Below are positions 42,008 through 56,869 of a stretch of 64,000 nucleotides of DNA, piece by piece (position 1 is the first letter of the stretch; every line of letters starts with the position of its first letter). Source of the DNA: the human T2T-CHM13v2.0 reference genome, Homo sapiens; the NCBI RefSeq assembly GCF_009914755.1, contig NC_060927.1. One strand, given 5' to 3'. A model generated the notes under the pieces. That model did no database searches. It saw nothing but the letters and a program-made list of their open reading frames with translations, and was not told the DNA's origin. Made by a program: the position numbers and the translations under genes.

Positions 42008-42422
42008 TGTCTTAGTCCATTTGTGTTGCTATAAAGTAATACCTGAGACTGGGTGATTTATAAAGAAAAGAGGTTTATTCGACTCATGGTTCTGTACTCT
42101 GTAAAAGAAGCATGGTGCCAGCATCTGCATCTGATGAGAGCCTCTAGAAGATTCCACCCATGGGGGAAGGCAACGGGGAGCTGCATATGCAGATCACGTG
42201 GCAAGAAAGGAAGCAAGAGAGAGAGGATGGAGGTGCCAGGCTTTTTTAAACAACCAGCTCTCATGAAAACTAACAGAGTGAGAACTTACTCATTACTGTG
42301 AGGACAGCACCAAGCTATTCATGACAGATTTGCCTCCACAATCTAAACACCTCCCCTTAGGCCCCACCTTCAAATAAATTTCAACATGAAATTTGGATGG
42401 GTCAAATATCCAAACCATAGCA
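42008..42422 (-). mobile_element. MSTB-like solo LTR inserted in a MIR
   Basis: tgtcttagtccatttgtgttgctataaag...atatccaaaccatagca; TSD gccag/gccaa. Confidence 0.88.
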
Positions 42423-42478
42423 GCCAATTAATGGTAAGTTAGGACTTGAATCCTACCCTCAATAGTAACAAAAATCTT

Positions 42479-42749
42479 TTTTTTTTTTTTTTTTTTTTGA
42501 GACGGAGTCTCGTTCTGTCACCCAGGCTGGAGTGCAGTGAGGTGATCTTGGCTCACTGCAAGCTCCGCCTCCTGGGTTTACGCCATTCTTGAGTAGCTGG
42601 GACTACAGGCACCCACCACCACACCTGGCTAACTTTTTGCATTTTTAGTAGAGATGGGGTTTCACCGTCTTGATCTCCTGACCTTGTGATCCGCCTGCCT
42701 CAGCCTCCCAAAGTGCTGGGATTACAAGCATGAGCCACCATGCCCGGCC
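42479..42749 (-). mobile_element. AluY-like with two short internal deletions
   Basis: 'gcaagctccgcctcc...acgccattct'; TSD aacaaaaatctt/aacaaaagtctt. Confidence 0.9.
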
Positions 42750-43041
42750 AACAAAAGTCTTCTTAATAGTCCCTTCTACTTCTCTAGACTCTGGCAGGTG
42801 TGGGGCCCTGTATATAGAAACCGAGGTTGGCTCTTGCCCTCAAGGAGCATATTGTCTATTGGGAAGGAAAGACAAAAGCAAGTAATGATGATACAATGTG
42901 AAAACATGCTCTCCAAGGCTAAAACAATGTGTTTTGGGAGCTCCAAGGAGGAAAGGTCTCAACCCAGCAGCAGAGAAAGCTTCACAGAAGCAGCAATATA
43001 AGAGTTGTGTACTGAAGGATGAGTAAGTTTACCAACCAGAA

Positions 43042-43356
43042 GGCCAGCCACAGTGGCTCACGCCTGTAATCCCAACATCTTGGGAGGCCAAGGCAGGCAG
43101 ATCATTTGAGGTCAGGAGTTCAAGACCAGCTTGGCCAACATGGTGAAACCCCATATGTACTAAAAATACAAAAATTAGCCAAGCATGGTGGCATAGGCAT
43201 GTAATCCCAGCTACTCAGGAGGCTGAGATAGGAGAATCACTTGAAACCAGGAGGCAGAGGTTGCAGTGAGCTGAGATTGCACCACTACACTCCAACCTGG
43301 GTGACAGAGTGAGACTCCATCTCAAAAATAAATAAACAAGTAAATAAAAATAAAAA
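43042..43356 (+). mobile_element. AluSx/Sz-like inside an L2 relic
   Basis: Full dimer, 'gaggtcaggagttcaagaccagc'. Confidence 0.92.
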
Positions 43357-46199
43357 GAGTTCATCAGCCAGAAAAGAGGGAAATGGGCATCCACTATTGG
43401 GGTAGTCATGCAAACAGAAGCACAGAGGTAGGAAAGATCCTCGCATGTTGAAGGTGGTAAGGTGGGAGATACGTAACTGAACTGTGAGAGAACTAGAACC
43501 GGGCTGAAGAGAAAGACCAGGGGCTGATTGTGAAAATTTTTGTCTGACGTGCTATGGAGAGTGGGGAAGCTTCTGTAGACAAATTTCAGGCAAAAAGAGG
43601 TGGGTGAGGCAGCTGCTGCACCAGGACGGATTAAAGAAGATGAGGAATAAAAACAATGGGATGAGCTGAAGGCACACTCATGGGGTGGGGACATCCTGGG
43701 AGACAAGGACGTCCAAGTCTGACATGAAACATGAAGAAAAGATGATGTCTGTTCAAGAGTTCCAATGAGGCAAAACAGCCTACTAGAGAAAGCAATTAAG
43801 GATCCTCAATATTTAGGATTCTGAAGTGAAAACAGAGGAATCCAAAAACATACATAAAGTAAGAAAAAGCGAGAGAAAATTTCAAAAGTGAAAATGATGG
43901 AGATTAGCACAAGACCTCCAGCAGAGATCAACAGAACCCAAAATATAAATGGTCAAGACTCAATATTCTATGTTTTAAGGGGAGCTGCACTAAGAGGGGT
44001 AAGAAATTGAAAGCAACCAAAAAATAAAAACAAACACACTAAGTCTGTTTTAGAGATAAGGCCATTGGACCATGGAATACACCCAAGGACATCAGAAGGG
44101 CCATCAGGCACCATCAGTAAGAGCAGATGATGGCAGCCAAGCCAACTTGAGTAGTAGAGATGGTTCATATTACTGCAGGGACAGGGGTTAGGCCCACAAG
44201 GTGGTTTTCTGCATTTTCCCCTGGGAGATGCATCGTAAATCATACACAGGCATGGGTGCCAGGGTACAACCCAGGAAACACTGAGACCTGCAGTAACAGC
44301 ACAACTTCCTTGTAATCTTCACTATTGCTCCCATGATGCTGGCTCCAAGTCATGACTCATACTTAGGAATCAAATGTTCTCCCAGAAACACTGTTTTAAT
44401 TACACATGCCACTTAAACAGAAAGGAAGGCCATACCTTCCCATTGATGGAGGCAGAGGCTTAAAGCTCAGCCAATCCTCTGTCTGAAGGATTCAGGAAAT
44501 TTCCCGGTAAGACAAGGTAGAGAATGAACACTATATCTCCTGCTAAATGAAAGGAAGGACATTGGTTGACCAAAGCCAGAGAGACGGAGGAAGGGAGGGA
44601 GGAAGGGAAAGAAGGCTGATCCACAGATCAAGCTACTAGGAAATCAAGGAGGAATTTTAAGTGTTAGAGCTTCAAGGTTCCTCAGAGATCATTTTATCCA
44701 ACTTCCTGTTTTATAGATAAGGAAAACGGGCCAAAATAAGGAAAACACCTTTAGATTCACATAACACATTGGTAGGAGAGAGAGGGAAGTGGTGGAACAA
44801 GGGTACATCACACCTTCCCATTCCAAGATGCTGCTTTTGCCAGGGTCTACTATCCAAGTCCTCAGATAAACCAGCCCCTTCTTTCACCAGTGGATTCAAA
44901 CCCATGTTGGGGAAGGAAAGAGATAAGGAGAAGTAAATGGGAGATAAAGCAGCCACACTCTAGTTCTGGAATACTCCGAATTATTGATTTTGGTGGTGGA
45001 TGGATGGCCCCTTTCAGCTGCACTCTCAGCGCCTGCTCCTGTTTTATGGGTGTTTCCAGTGTGCCTCAAATTATCTTGCCTCTTATGAAAATACAGGAAC
45101 AATTACATACAAGCCTATTCAGAAGGGACAATTAGCTATTTACATCAGCAAAGAAATGACAGTGGGCTCTTCCTGACAGATGCCATCCTCACACTGTGTT
45201 AGAGCAGAGAGGGACCTTGTTCTGGAAACTGTCCAATAGCTGGAAGGAGACACCTCCTCTGTTATTGTAGTGTCTTTCTTGCATTTCTGAGCCTGAGCTT
45301 TCTAGACTTCTCAAAATGCTATCCAGCAATTGGCAGACCCATCAATTGAGGATATTGGCTCCTCATCACCTGGTCTCCTTTGGGAGGGGTACACAGGATA
45401 GTTGCAATTGGTTTTTAGGACAGCCACATGCAGAAACAAATGGTAGTCAGACTATGCAGCAGTATAATGAGCATCATTTCCTCATGATACTTTTATGATA
45501 TAGAAGGAAATAAAGAAGTGAATCTGTGGATGGTAATAAAGTAAAGAATAGAGAAACAATGGATCAAGATGGAAAGGAATGCAATGAGAAATAGATTAAA
45601 TGCATAATCAAAGCTTAGGAATAAACTCCTGATGAATCAAAATGACCATAATTTAAAAACAAAAATAGATCTGCTGAATTTCAATTTGAACAAGCCATTC
45701 ACCACATAAAAAATAAACATACAGTATTTCAATCTTAGAATTTAAGCCCTATTTTCAAATCAATTAATCAAATACTCATGCCTGCCAACTCTGGCACTAG
45801 ACATGGTAGGACATAGGAGGGAAAGATAAAATAAACCAGTATCCTTATCCAAAGTAGCTCGAAATCCAATTTGTACAAACAAGGTGTACATGACTGAATT
45901 AGTGAAAAGGAGAATTTATACAGTGAGAAGCAGAAGCAAATAGGGCAGTGACACAGCAACACCACATGTTTCTTCTAGTGACCAGAGTAACTACCTGAGT
46001 GTCAATTTTCTTTGTATTGAAAAAAGGGTGAATACAGAGTGACTTGTGCTTCACTTTAAATAGAAAAGTATTTAATCTATCAATGTAACTTTAAAAGTCA
46101 AATTGGGCAAAACTACAAATTAGTCTTCCATGCTTTAGTCTATATACCTGTGCTAGAGTGCTCTTTCCAAAACAAAAATCTCATCTCATACTCTTGTTG

Positions 46200-46360
46200 A
46201 AAGAAGGAAAGAGGGAAGAAGGGAGGGAGGGAGAAAGGGAGGGAGGGAGGGAGAGAGGGAGGGAGGAAGGGAAAAAGAAAGGGAAAGGGAAAGGGAAAGG
46301 GGGAGGGGAAGGGAAGGAAGGGAAGGAGGGTAGGAAGGGAAGGAAAGCAAGGGAATGGAG
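46200..46360. repeat. GA-rich polypurine tract
   Basis: Almost pure G/A run. Confidence 0.9.
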
Positions 46361-46514
46361 AATAAAAAACTTTAATATTCCCTCATTGCTTACAAAACAA
46401 AATCCAAATTCTTTAGCATGGTTTATAAAACTCAGTCCAGCTCCGTGGCCTAGCCTCTGCCTAACCAAGTTCATTCTCATAATATGCTGCTAAATTTAAA
46501 AGTAGACTACAGAG

Positions 46515-46940
46515 CAACATGTACATTCACACTAAGTGAATAAGCCTGTCAGAGAAGGGGCAAATAGTATATGCTTCCACTTGTATGAAATACCTGGAAC
46601 AGGAAATTCATAGACTCAAAAAAGTAAATTGAAAGTTACTAGGGGCTGGGGGATTGGGAAATGGAGAGCTATTGCTAAGTGGTTAGAGAGCTCCCGTATG
46701 CGGTGATAACAAAGCTTGAAAAATAGTGTCGAGCTGTCAATAGCTGTACAACACTGTGAATGTAATTAATACCATTAGATTGCACACTTAAAATGGTTAA
46801 AAATTTTATGTCAAATGTTATGTTACACATATATAAACACAATTTTAAAAAATTAATAATGTAACATACCAAAAACCATTGAATTGTTCACTTTAAATGG
46901 GTGAACTGTATTAACTCTATTTAAATAAGCTGTTACAAAT
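46515..46940 (+). mobile_element. L1MB-like 3' UTR
   Basis: 'ttactaggggctggggg...tgtacaacactgtgaatgtaattaataccatt...cacttaaaatggttaaaa'. Confidence 0.8.
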
Positions 46941-47591
46941 GTACAATATGTACATACAATACTAATGTAGGAGAAAGGCAGAGGAAGATTCTCCTAACTG
47001 CTAACAGAGATTACCTCTGGATGGCAAGATGCAGGGGATCCTGTTTTCTGAGCTTTCCTACATTTCCCAAATTTTTATTAGAACTTTGCTTTGTGCTACT
47101 TTTGTATCCATAAGAGAAGAATAATTGCCATTTTTAAAATGTTAAAACTTTAAGCAAGATAAAAATAAGATATAAGCCTTAATCTTCTCCCGTTGGGGGT
47201 CATAACACATGGTGGTGGAATGCCAGAAGGGACCCTGGGCACTCAGTACTGCCTGCATTCTTCTTCGCTGGGTGAGCCTCTGGCCACATGAATGTCTGTG
47301 CTTATGATGCTGGTGGCCCAAAGAGCTTAATGATGCAACCAGGGACTCTGCAGGAAGACTGCTGGAGTTCCACCACTCACCAAGTACCTCTCATAGCCTA
47401 TGTTTCCTCATCGGAACAATGGGATAATAATGTTATTTACTTCATAAGGTTATCAAAAAAGTAAATGAGATAATTTACATGAAGTGTTTAAAACAATGTC
47501 TGATACCCAGTATTCTGACCTAAGTGTTTCATCAATGATTGGCGGCTATTATTTTTACTGCTGCTGTTGCTCTATTACACTGATGTGAGTA

Positions 47592-47933
47592 CAGTCATGT
47601 GCTGCATAATGACATTTTAATCAGTGACTGTATATAAGACAATGGTCTCATCAGATTATAGACTGTATTTTTCCTATATCTTATCTATATTTTGATATGT
47701 TCAGACACTTAAATACTAATCACTACATTACAATTGCCTACAGTATTCAGTACAGTAACCTGCTATACAGGTTTGTAGCCTAGGAGCAATAGGTTATCTC
47801 ATATAGCCTAGGTGTGTAGAAGGCTCTACCAACTAGGTTTGTGTAAGTACACTCGACAACGTTTGCACAATGACAAAATCAGCTAACAACACGTTTCTCA
47901 GAATATATCCAGTCATTAAGTGATGCATGGCTG
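47592..47933. mobile_element. Tigger3 (MER7/Golem) MITE
   Basis: TIRs cagtcatgtg...gcatggctg; 'cagtattcagtacagtaacctgctatacaggtttgtagcctaggagcaatagg'. Confidence 0.85.
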
Positions 47934-47959
47934 CATTTGTTATCTATCCTCTACCAGAG

Positions 47960-48260
47960 CAGGGATTGGCAAACCATGGCCAAAGGGCCAAATCCAACCC
48001 ATCACCTGTTTTGTATGGTCCACAAGCTAAGAATGTTTTTAAATTTTTAAATGCTTGGAAAAAACACAATAGAATGTTATTTCATGACACACAGAAATTA
48101 TATAAAATTCAAATTCCAGTGTTAATAATAAAGTTTAATTGGAACACAGACACTCCTATTTATTTATGTATTACCTATGTCTGCTTTCATGCACTTGGGA
48201 CAAAGCCTGTCTAGCCTGCAAAGCCTAAAATGTTCATTATCCGCCCCTTGACAGAACTTA
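47960..48260. mobile_element. MER58B-like hAT MITE
   Basis: 'cagggattggcaaaccatggcc...gcctgcaaagcctaaaatgttcattatccgcccc'. Confidence 0.7.
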
Positions 48261-50244
48261 CTTGCTGGGGAATAAATTCTGAAAGTAAAGACCAGCTCTT
48301 GTTCATTTAGAGTTAATTCATGGTTAGATTAGATTGGAGTTCATATTTACTGAGAGACTAAATATACAAATGGACATGGCCAGACCATGTATAACAGAAC
48401 TCTGACCTACAACCTCTGCAGCAACCAGCCTGGGAAGCCAGGCCACAACCTCTGCAGCAATCTGCCCAGAATGATCAGGGTTTAGTCAGTGACTGCCAGC
48501 TTCCTTACTTTTTGTCCCTTCCTCCAACCAAATATTCTCCCCAAACCAATCATGTAAGATACTCTGCTTCTAGTTAGCCCGCCTCCAGCTTCCTCATGCC
48601 AGCAACCTCTGATCACAGCACATGTATCCGAAACCTTCTCTTTTTCACTGTAAGAAGTCCAAAAAGCTTTCCCATTCCACTGCCTGCCTTTGAGTCTCTG
48701 CCAAACACTAAGGATGGCAGCAGCCTCTCTTGCAATAGCAAACTCTGAATAAATAGCATCTGTTTGGTCTCCTTTGGGTGGTCTTTGTTTATTTCCAGTT
48801 AACCCGGACACCCCCCAAAGATACAATCTACACTGCCTATCACCATGGACTCTAGTCTTAACCAGGAGTGGCACCCATGAGGCCCCTTGTGCCTTGCTGT
48901 TTGCAGGCTCTCACAGGCTGTCAGGTCTGTGACAACGTGGTAAGTTAGCACTGTGTCTGATTCCATTCTCTGGGCATTGAGTTCTTTGGCTGTTTATTTT
49001 CCTCTTGGTAATACCAGGTTTTGTTATTGGCTCCCATTTGTTTGGAGGAATCAAGCCATTCCTTTTCATCCATGTTTGCTCCCTTTTGTCCTTCTATTTT
49101 GCATTGTGCTGTCTCCGTGTTGTTTGCCATGAAGACAATCACAGGGTAGAACACAGGCACAGGCCCTATAAGCCTGTTGTCTAAGCCGGCTTTACAGACT
49201 GATAATTCTGTGGTTCTCACCAGATCAGCATCCACTTGGACAAACGTTTCTGTGACTCACCAATAAAACTGGATAGGATTCTCCTTCCATCTCTATTTTC
49301 TGTCCTGAGAGCTTGGCTCTAATCCAGAGAGAACATTCTCTGGTTTTCTTGTTGGGAGGGCGCAGATTGCCAGGTCAGCATTTGAAGGCATCCACTTGTG
49401 AGGTGGGGGCTCTGAGACACTAAGCAAACAAGCATCACTTTCACCAACTGCTGGGACCTCTCATGGGATTATATGTAAGTCTAATTCTTCTCCAGAAAAA
49501 AACTCTTGCTTCTTATATGTACTGTCACTACAATCCTAATTATTGTGCCTATCATACCTCATTTCATCAATGTCATCTTCAGTGGATACTCTAAGCAACA
49601 TGAGCCTTAAACAAAACTGCTTATTTGAAAGGGGCTTAGGGGAAAAAGGGAATAAGATTGCTCAGGCCCAATGGGCAGCATTTTTTTTTTTTATTAGCAT
49701 GCAGAAGCCTCCAAACAGCATTCTGATTCAAAATGGTTCACAAAAGATTATTTGAACAATCTTAAATAACACAAACTAGATTCATTTCCCTAGTAAATTC
49801 TCCCCCGCCTTGTCTTTTAGTTGCCTCTCTATACCCAGTGCCCTCTTCCCCCTTATCCTGATCTATCTCCTTCTGCACCTCTCTCAACTCTTCTCTTTGT
49901 CAAAACTCCCTTCCTTTTCCCAACAACTCTCCTAAGGCCCCAAGATGCCACTTGCATTTAAAGATCCATCCCACCCATGGGCCAGGCATTCAGACCACTG
50001 TGGAATTTAAACCTTGGTCTTGAGCTGAATGAAGAGCTAGCAACTATTTATAGAAGAATCCTAGACAAGACCAGCCACTATTTATAGAAGAATCTATAAT
50101 TCTTTTGAGTGCATTTGACTCAGGGTTACCAAACTTTATCAAGCTGCAAACATTGATTGGAATCTAAATCCTGAATAGCAAAAGCTAATTGGACTATCCC
50201 AGAAAAAGATCTATGGAATTTCTCTTTTCACAATTAAAAAAAAT

Positions 50245-50380
50245 CAAGAGCTGAGATGGGAGGACTGTTTGAGCCCAGGAGTTAAAAACAAAAACAAAAA
50301 CAAAAAAAGAGGTTGAGGTAGGAGTATTGCTTGAGCCCAGGAGAGACTCCATCTCTCTTTAAAAAAAAAAAAAAAAAAAA
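50245..50380 (+). mobile_element. Two tandem short Alu fragments with A tails
   Basis: 'tgagatgggaggactgtttgagcccaggag' and 'tgaggtaggagtattgcttgagcccaggag'. Confidence 0.7.
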
Positions 50381-50450
50381 GTGTAAAAGGTAGGACAAAT
50401 TTTTCTAAAAGTCATACCCAAAACATTTCCAATAAAAGTAGACTTGACCA

Positions 50451-50614
50451 AAAACTATCTACTGGGTACTATGCTCAGTACCTGGGTGACGGGATCAATC
50501 ATACTCCAAACCTGTGTATCACTCAATATACCCATGTAACAAACCTGCACATGTACCCCTTGAATCTACAATAAAAGTTGAAATTATTCTTTTTTTTTTT
50601 AAAAAAAAAAAAAA
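50451..50614 (+). mobile_element. Very short L1 3' end (L1PA15-16/L1PB-like)
   Basis: 'gggtactatgctcagtacctgggtgacgggatcaatc...catgtaacaaacctgcacatgtaccccttgaatct' plus T/A tail. Confidence 0.85.
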
Positions 50615-50952
50615 GCAAATGTAGACCAGCTAAGATCGGTCATACATCATGGGATATTAATTATCAATTTCTATTGGGTAAAAGTTCAGGAATATTCACT
50701 CAGACTATTTGCCACCTCTTTTCATGGTTTTTCAGAGATCATTGGTAGCTCTTAATTGGGAAAACATTTAGCCCCATTTATTGGAAGGATATAAAATAAA
50801 GCCACCCCAGATGTTTTTTAAAATAGACTTGACCATAATACAGTCATACCAACAGACAAAAGATTAAACTGTAGGAGATTTCAGGCTAGACGAGAAGATA
50901 ACCTTCAACAACATGCAAGAGTTAAAGGTGCTGATCTAACAGCAGCTCTTTC

Positions 50953-51345
50953 ATCTTGGCCAAAAGTACTACCATTAGTCCTTATGGCCATGCAATCCAC
51001 TCCCTCAAGGACACATTGGCTATCCTCCTATGAATGGGTAATTGGAAGGCCCATGTGTTCAGGGATTTCATCTCGAATTCTAGTAGTTCTGTCCTGCTGC
51101 ACACAGATGTGGCAAAATATTACAACGGAATCATGTACTATGCCCAGCTTGTCAAAAACAGGTTAAGGCCCCCTTCCCACAACATCGTCCTAAATAGCAT
51201 CTTTATAATCTTCTTGTCTATTGAGAAAAAAAAAATCAGAAAAAAAAAACCTGTTTTTGAATCTTGTTGGAAGAGACCTTATCCGGTACTGTTAGCAATA
51301 AATATAGCAGTGAAATTCTAAGGAGTCAATTCCTGGGTTCACAAC
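50953..51345 (+). pseudogene. ERV integrase C-terminal remnant
   Basis: SWPKVLPLVLMAMQSTPSRTHWLSSYEWVIGRPM and ESCWKRPYPVLLAINIAVKF*GVNSWVH (GPY/F module). Confidence 0.8.
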
Positions 51346-52047
51346 TACAGAAGCAATGCAGAATTCCACAGAACTGGAAGGCTACTCCATAATAGGACCT
51401 CAAGGGAGGATTCTCAGAGATCCTCTAGAAGTCGCCAGCTTTCAGAAGCACACAGCTGATGACCTCACATAGGGGACAGCTTCTACCCAAGGCAGCGGGC
51501 CAAGAACCCTGTCTAATTCTGGTTTTGTTTTTCATCCACCTCCACGTGATCATTCTTCTCATCTTCTGTAGAGTCCTAGTTGTTGTCCACTCATAATGGA
51601 ACTTTTTCTCTGTTCTTTCCTCTTCTTTATAATTTTTGGTTCAGAAAATACTCATTCTTAGATTATCCCAAACAGTACCCACTCCTTTGATCTTACTGAT
51701 TTCTGAACACACTGTCTATCACTGGATCCCCATGATAAAATCCTCCAGGCAATTCCAGTCTCATGCAATAAGACCATAGGAAAATACAGTCAATGGCATC
51801 TCCATTTACACCTATAGGAACAAATGACCTTAAACAAATCAACCTATGACTTTGCTACTCTCCCTCTCTGCCACAAAAAAGGACTAATTATTACAATCTA
51901 TTATTCAGACTCTAGTCCCACATTTGAATTCAACACATTTCCTACAGTGATAGTACAGATACTTGCTACCTAGAGGAGACTCTTAGAGATTCGAAGATGT
52001 AACCCAGCTAACCAGATGCTCCGGTTGTAACTTTGTGTCATAAATAA

Positions 52048-52388
<341 letters not shown>

Positions 52389-52594
52389 TGGATACTACTT
52401 CTTTTATGGCCAAGAAGCCTAATCCCGCTTGCCTCAGACTAATACCTCATGCACTTTAGGAATCATATTCCAAGACTTGTCCAGGCACAGGGACTGTAAG
52501 TCTATAAATTGCTAAGGCTGTATGTCAACTCCAAAATAAGGCCACCCTTGATTATTCAGGCACTCCACCTGGGGAAATTAATGACTCATTCTTT

Positions 52595-53400
<806 letters not shown>

Positions 53401-54859
53401 GAGCCTTAAATGCTTCTGCACAACCAGTCTCTTATCAAATGACTGCCATGATTGAAATATAGTTTACTACGGAGACATCTGGATAATTTCTGAGAAGTGA
53501 AGATTCAGATTCTGGCTTTTCCAGAATTGGTCAGCCACTCACAAGCCAGAGAACGAAGAAAAGAAAGGACTGAAAGACCAAATAGGCAAAAGAACATAGC
53601 CAGACTATACAAGACAATAGAACACTGTCTCAAAACCTCTGCAGCAACCAGCAGCAAGAGCCAGGATTTAGTCAATGACTGCCAGTTTCTCTATTCTGTG
53701 CCCCTACTTCCAACTCAGGGCCTAGAAAAGGAAGCCAAATACTGCACTTTTAATTAGCCCATCTGCAGCTTCCCCAAGCCAGCAACCTCCAATCAAAAGG
53801 ATATATATACCTGAAGGCTCCCCTTTTTGGATTGTAAAGCTTTCTCACTCTACCACCTGCCTGTGTCAAACACGACAAGTAATGTAAGCTTCCTCTCTTG
53901 TTATGGCAAGCTCTGAATCAATAACCTCTGTTCTCATTTGGGTAATCTTCATGTATTTCCACACTACACCCAACCACATGCATGCACACACAGTTAAAAA
54001 TGGCAGGGCCTTGTGCAAGATACTAGAAATCCCAGCAGCCATATAAAGAGGGCCACTTTTCAGTGAGGCAGTACATTCTCACCTCTCTACCCCACCTCCC
54101 AAGGGCTCAGGTTCAGCTGCTACCACCTATTAATATCCCCTCCCTTGGCTAGCCTGTCATCCCACCACTGTACCCAGGCTTTGCTCAGACCTATGTCAGG
54201 GCATAGCCACAAATGGGTTACCAGTATGACTCCCATGCCATCACCCTCAGCAAGCATCTCTAGCCAGGCTCATCCTCATATGCTCACCCCAGACTGACAT
54301 ACAAATATTACCATCTTCTGTATACGCTATTGTTTGAGAAGCCTAGGAAAGCACTAAGGAGCCTCTGTGCCACCCAGCCCTGGGATCTCTCATGCTGTGT
54401 TTTAGCCTCTGCCCTGGGAAGGAATTTGTATGAGTCTATAGGGCTTCAACAAAATGCCCAAATGAGAGGCATATGTTGCTTGATGGGAAAGAGAGTTGCC
54501 CCACAAGAAAATGAGCTAAAGAGTCTGTGGTTAGAAGGTATTTCATGCTTTCAAATTCTGAGAACTGTACAAGCTGCAATGTGAGTCCAAACAGGGAGAG
54601 CCCTTATATTCTCACATTCCCACTGATGGTAAATTATATTGATTAACATTAGCAACATTAAATCATATTGCTAAGGCTAATTATTATAACAATACATCAC
54701 CTAACATTAAATGAACTCTCACTATATTCCAGGCACAATTTCTAAATACTTCACATTTTTTTAATCACTTAATCCTCACAACAGCCTGAGAATGCAGACA
54801 CTATTAATGAACGCTTTGTAAAGATTAGGAAACTGAAGCTAAGAAAATTATAACAAGGT

Positions 54860-55162
54860 GGCCAGGTGTGGTGGCTCACACCTATAATTCCAACACTTTG
54901 GGAGGCTGAGGCAGGCAGATCGCTTGAGCCCAGGAGTACAAGACCAGCTTGGGCAACATGGCAAAACCCCATCTCTACAAAAACTACAAAATAAGCCAGG
55001 TGTGGTATCGCGTGCCTGTTGTCCCCCGCTACTCAGGAGGCTGAGGTGGGAGGATCACTTGAATCCAGGAGGTGGAGGTTGCAGTAAGCTGAGATCACAC
55101 CACTGCACACCAGCCTGGGTGACAGAGAGACACTCTGCCTTGAAAAAAAAGAAAGAAAAGAA
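54860..55162 (+). mobile_element. AluJ inside a MIR
   Basis: 'gatcgcttgagcccaggag'; 19-bp TSD aagaaaattataacaaggt/aagaaaattagagcaaggt. Confidence 0.92.
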
Positions 55163-56016
55163 AAGAAAATTAGAGCAAGGTCATACAGCAGAACAGGAGC
55201 TAGAACTGAGCTCTAATCTGTTAGACTTCATACTCTGAGCTATAACCGCTAATTCACAATGCTACTTAAAACCCATATTTGACTGACCACCTAACTAAGC
55301 AACTCAGGCAGGATGGCGTAATATGAATAATAACAAATACATACAAGAAAGAAGAAATGTATCATTATTCAGCAACTAAAAAGTAAATTCTAATTTATAT
55401 CAAGTCAGCTGTTAATACTGTATCAATTCTAATTAGATACTTGTGTTGTACTTTGACAAATACAGAATGTAAATTCTTTTAGTGCTTCAATTTACTGTGG
55501 CTTTTGAATTAACTTTGCATCAGCAATTGTCTTCCAAATTATTTGAGATAACCACTAATTTCATATAAGTCTATTTTACACACCAAGACAGCATTTTATC
55601 AGCATTTTTCAGTCTCATATTAATGAGAATTTAACTAATATATGTAAATCACAATGATCCTATAAAATCACATGAAAGCCAGGCCGATATTCACCAAAAA
55701 AATCTAGAAATCACACTACCATTTGTGTGTTATTTCAGAAGAAGTAGGTTCAGTAACTTGCTACTTTTATACATAGTCAATTTCTATAAGCTAAAAAGAA
55801 GGAGGAATTTGAAAGTCAGTTGTCTATTCAATCTTAGGATGTGTTACTTCCTAAATTTGAATACAGGATATGAACAACCTGGGACATCACTGTATCACAA
55901 AAGCATACTTAAGGCTCAACAGGGGATTAGTTGGAGAGCTTCTTGGCTTTCCCATCTCACCATCCTCACCCCTCCCAATTTCATGCTGGAAACAGACAGC
56001 AGCACATTGGTGTAAA

Positions 56017-56405
56017 GCAAGAGTCAGCAAATTTTTCTGCAAAGGGCCAAACAGTAAATATTTTAGTCTTTGCTAGCCAAGACCGTCTCTGTTGTAACTA
56101 CTCAACTCTGCCATTGTAGCACAAAAGCAGCCAGAGACAATAAAATGAATGAGTATGACTACTGTATGAACTTTAATTATTTTTTATTTCCTAAATGTTA
56201 TGTATTCATGTGTTTATTTTATAAATTTTATTTATGGACATGGACATGCGTATTTCATGTAATTCTTGTGTGCTCTGAAATGCATTCTTTTGTGGGTTTT
56301 TTTAAACCCCATTTAAAAAAGTCAAATTCATTCTTGCTCGTGGGCTATACAAAAACAAAAGGTGGGACTAACTTGGACCTTTGATCCTCGTTGGCTGACT
56401 GCTGG
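56017..56405. mobile_element. MER58B-like hAT MITE
   Basis: 'gagtcagcaaatttttctgcaaagggccaaacagtaaatattttag...tgggctatacaaaaaca'. Confidence 0.75.
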
Positions 56406-56439
56406 TCTAAAGAGGAGTTGTCCCAGTTTTCCTTTATAA

Positions 56440-56810
<371 letters not shown>

Positions 56811-56869
56811 CAGTGTTTGTTTTTAAACAATAAATATAGCCAACACTTTTTACATATGTATTACTTATT

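Larger units (their letters stand above)
49990..50900 (+). pseudogene. ERV gag capsid remnant interrupted by Alu and L1 insertions
   Basis: Removing 50451-50835 gives PKTFPIKVDLTIIQSYQQTKD*TVGDFR, similar to the major homology region Q-x-x-D-E-x-V-x-D-F. Confidence 0.65.

Noticed and set aside
45144-45193. Possible 50-nt minus-strand exon (ctctaacacag| ... GAT|gtaaat)
   Set aside because: Weak donor and no other support.
48798-48830. tRNA primer-binding site after the 5' LTR
   Set aside because: No recognisable TGG-initiated 18-mer; too decayed to assign.
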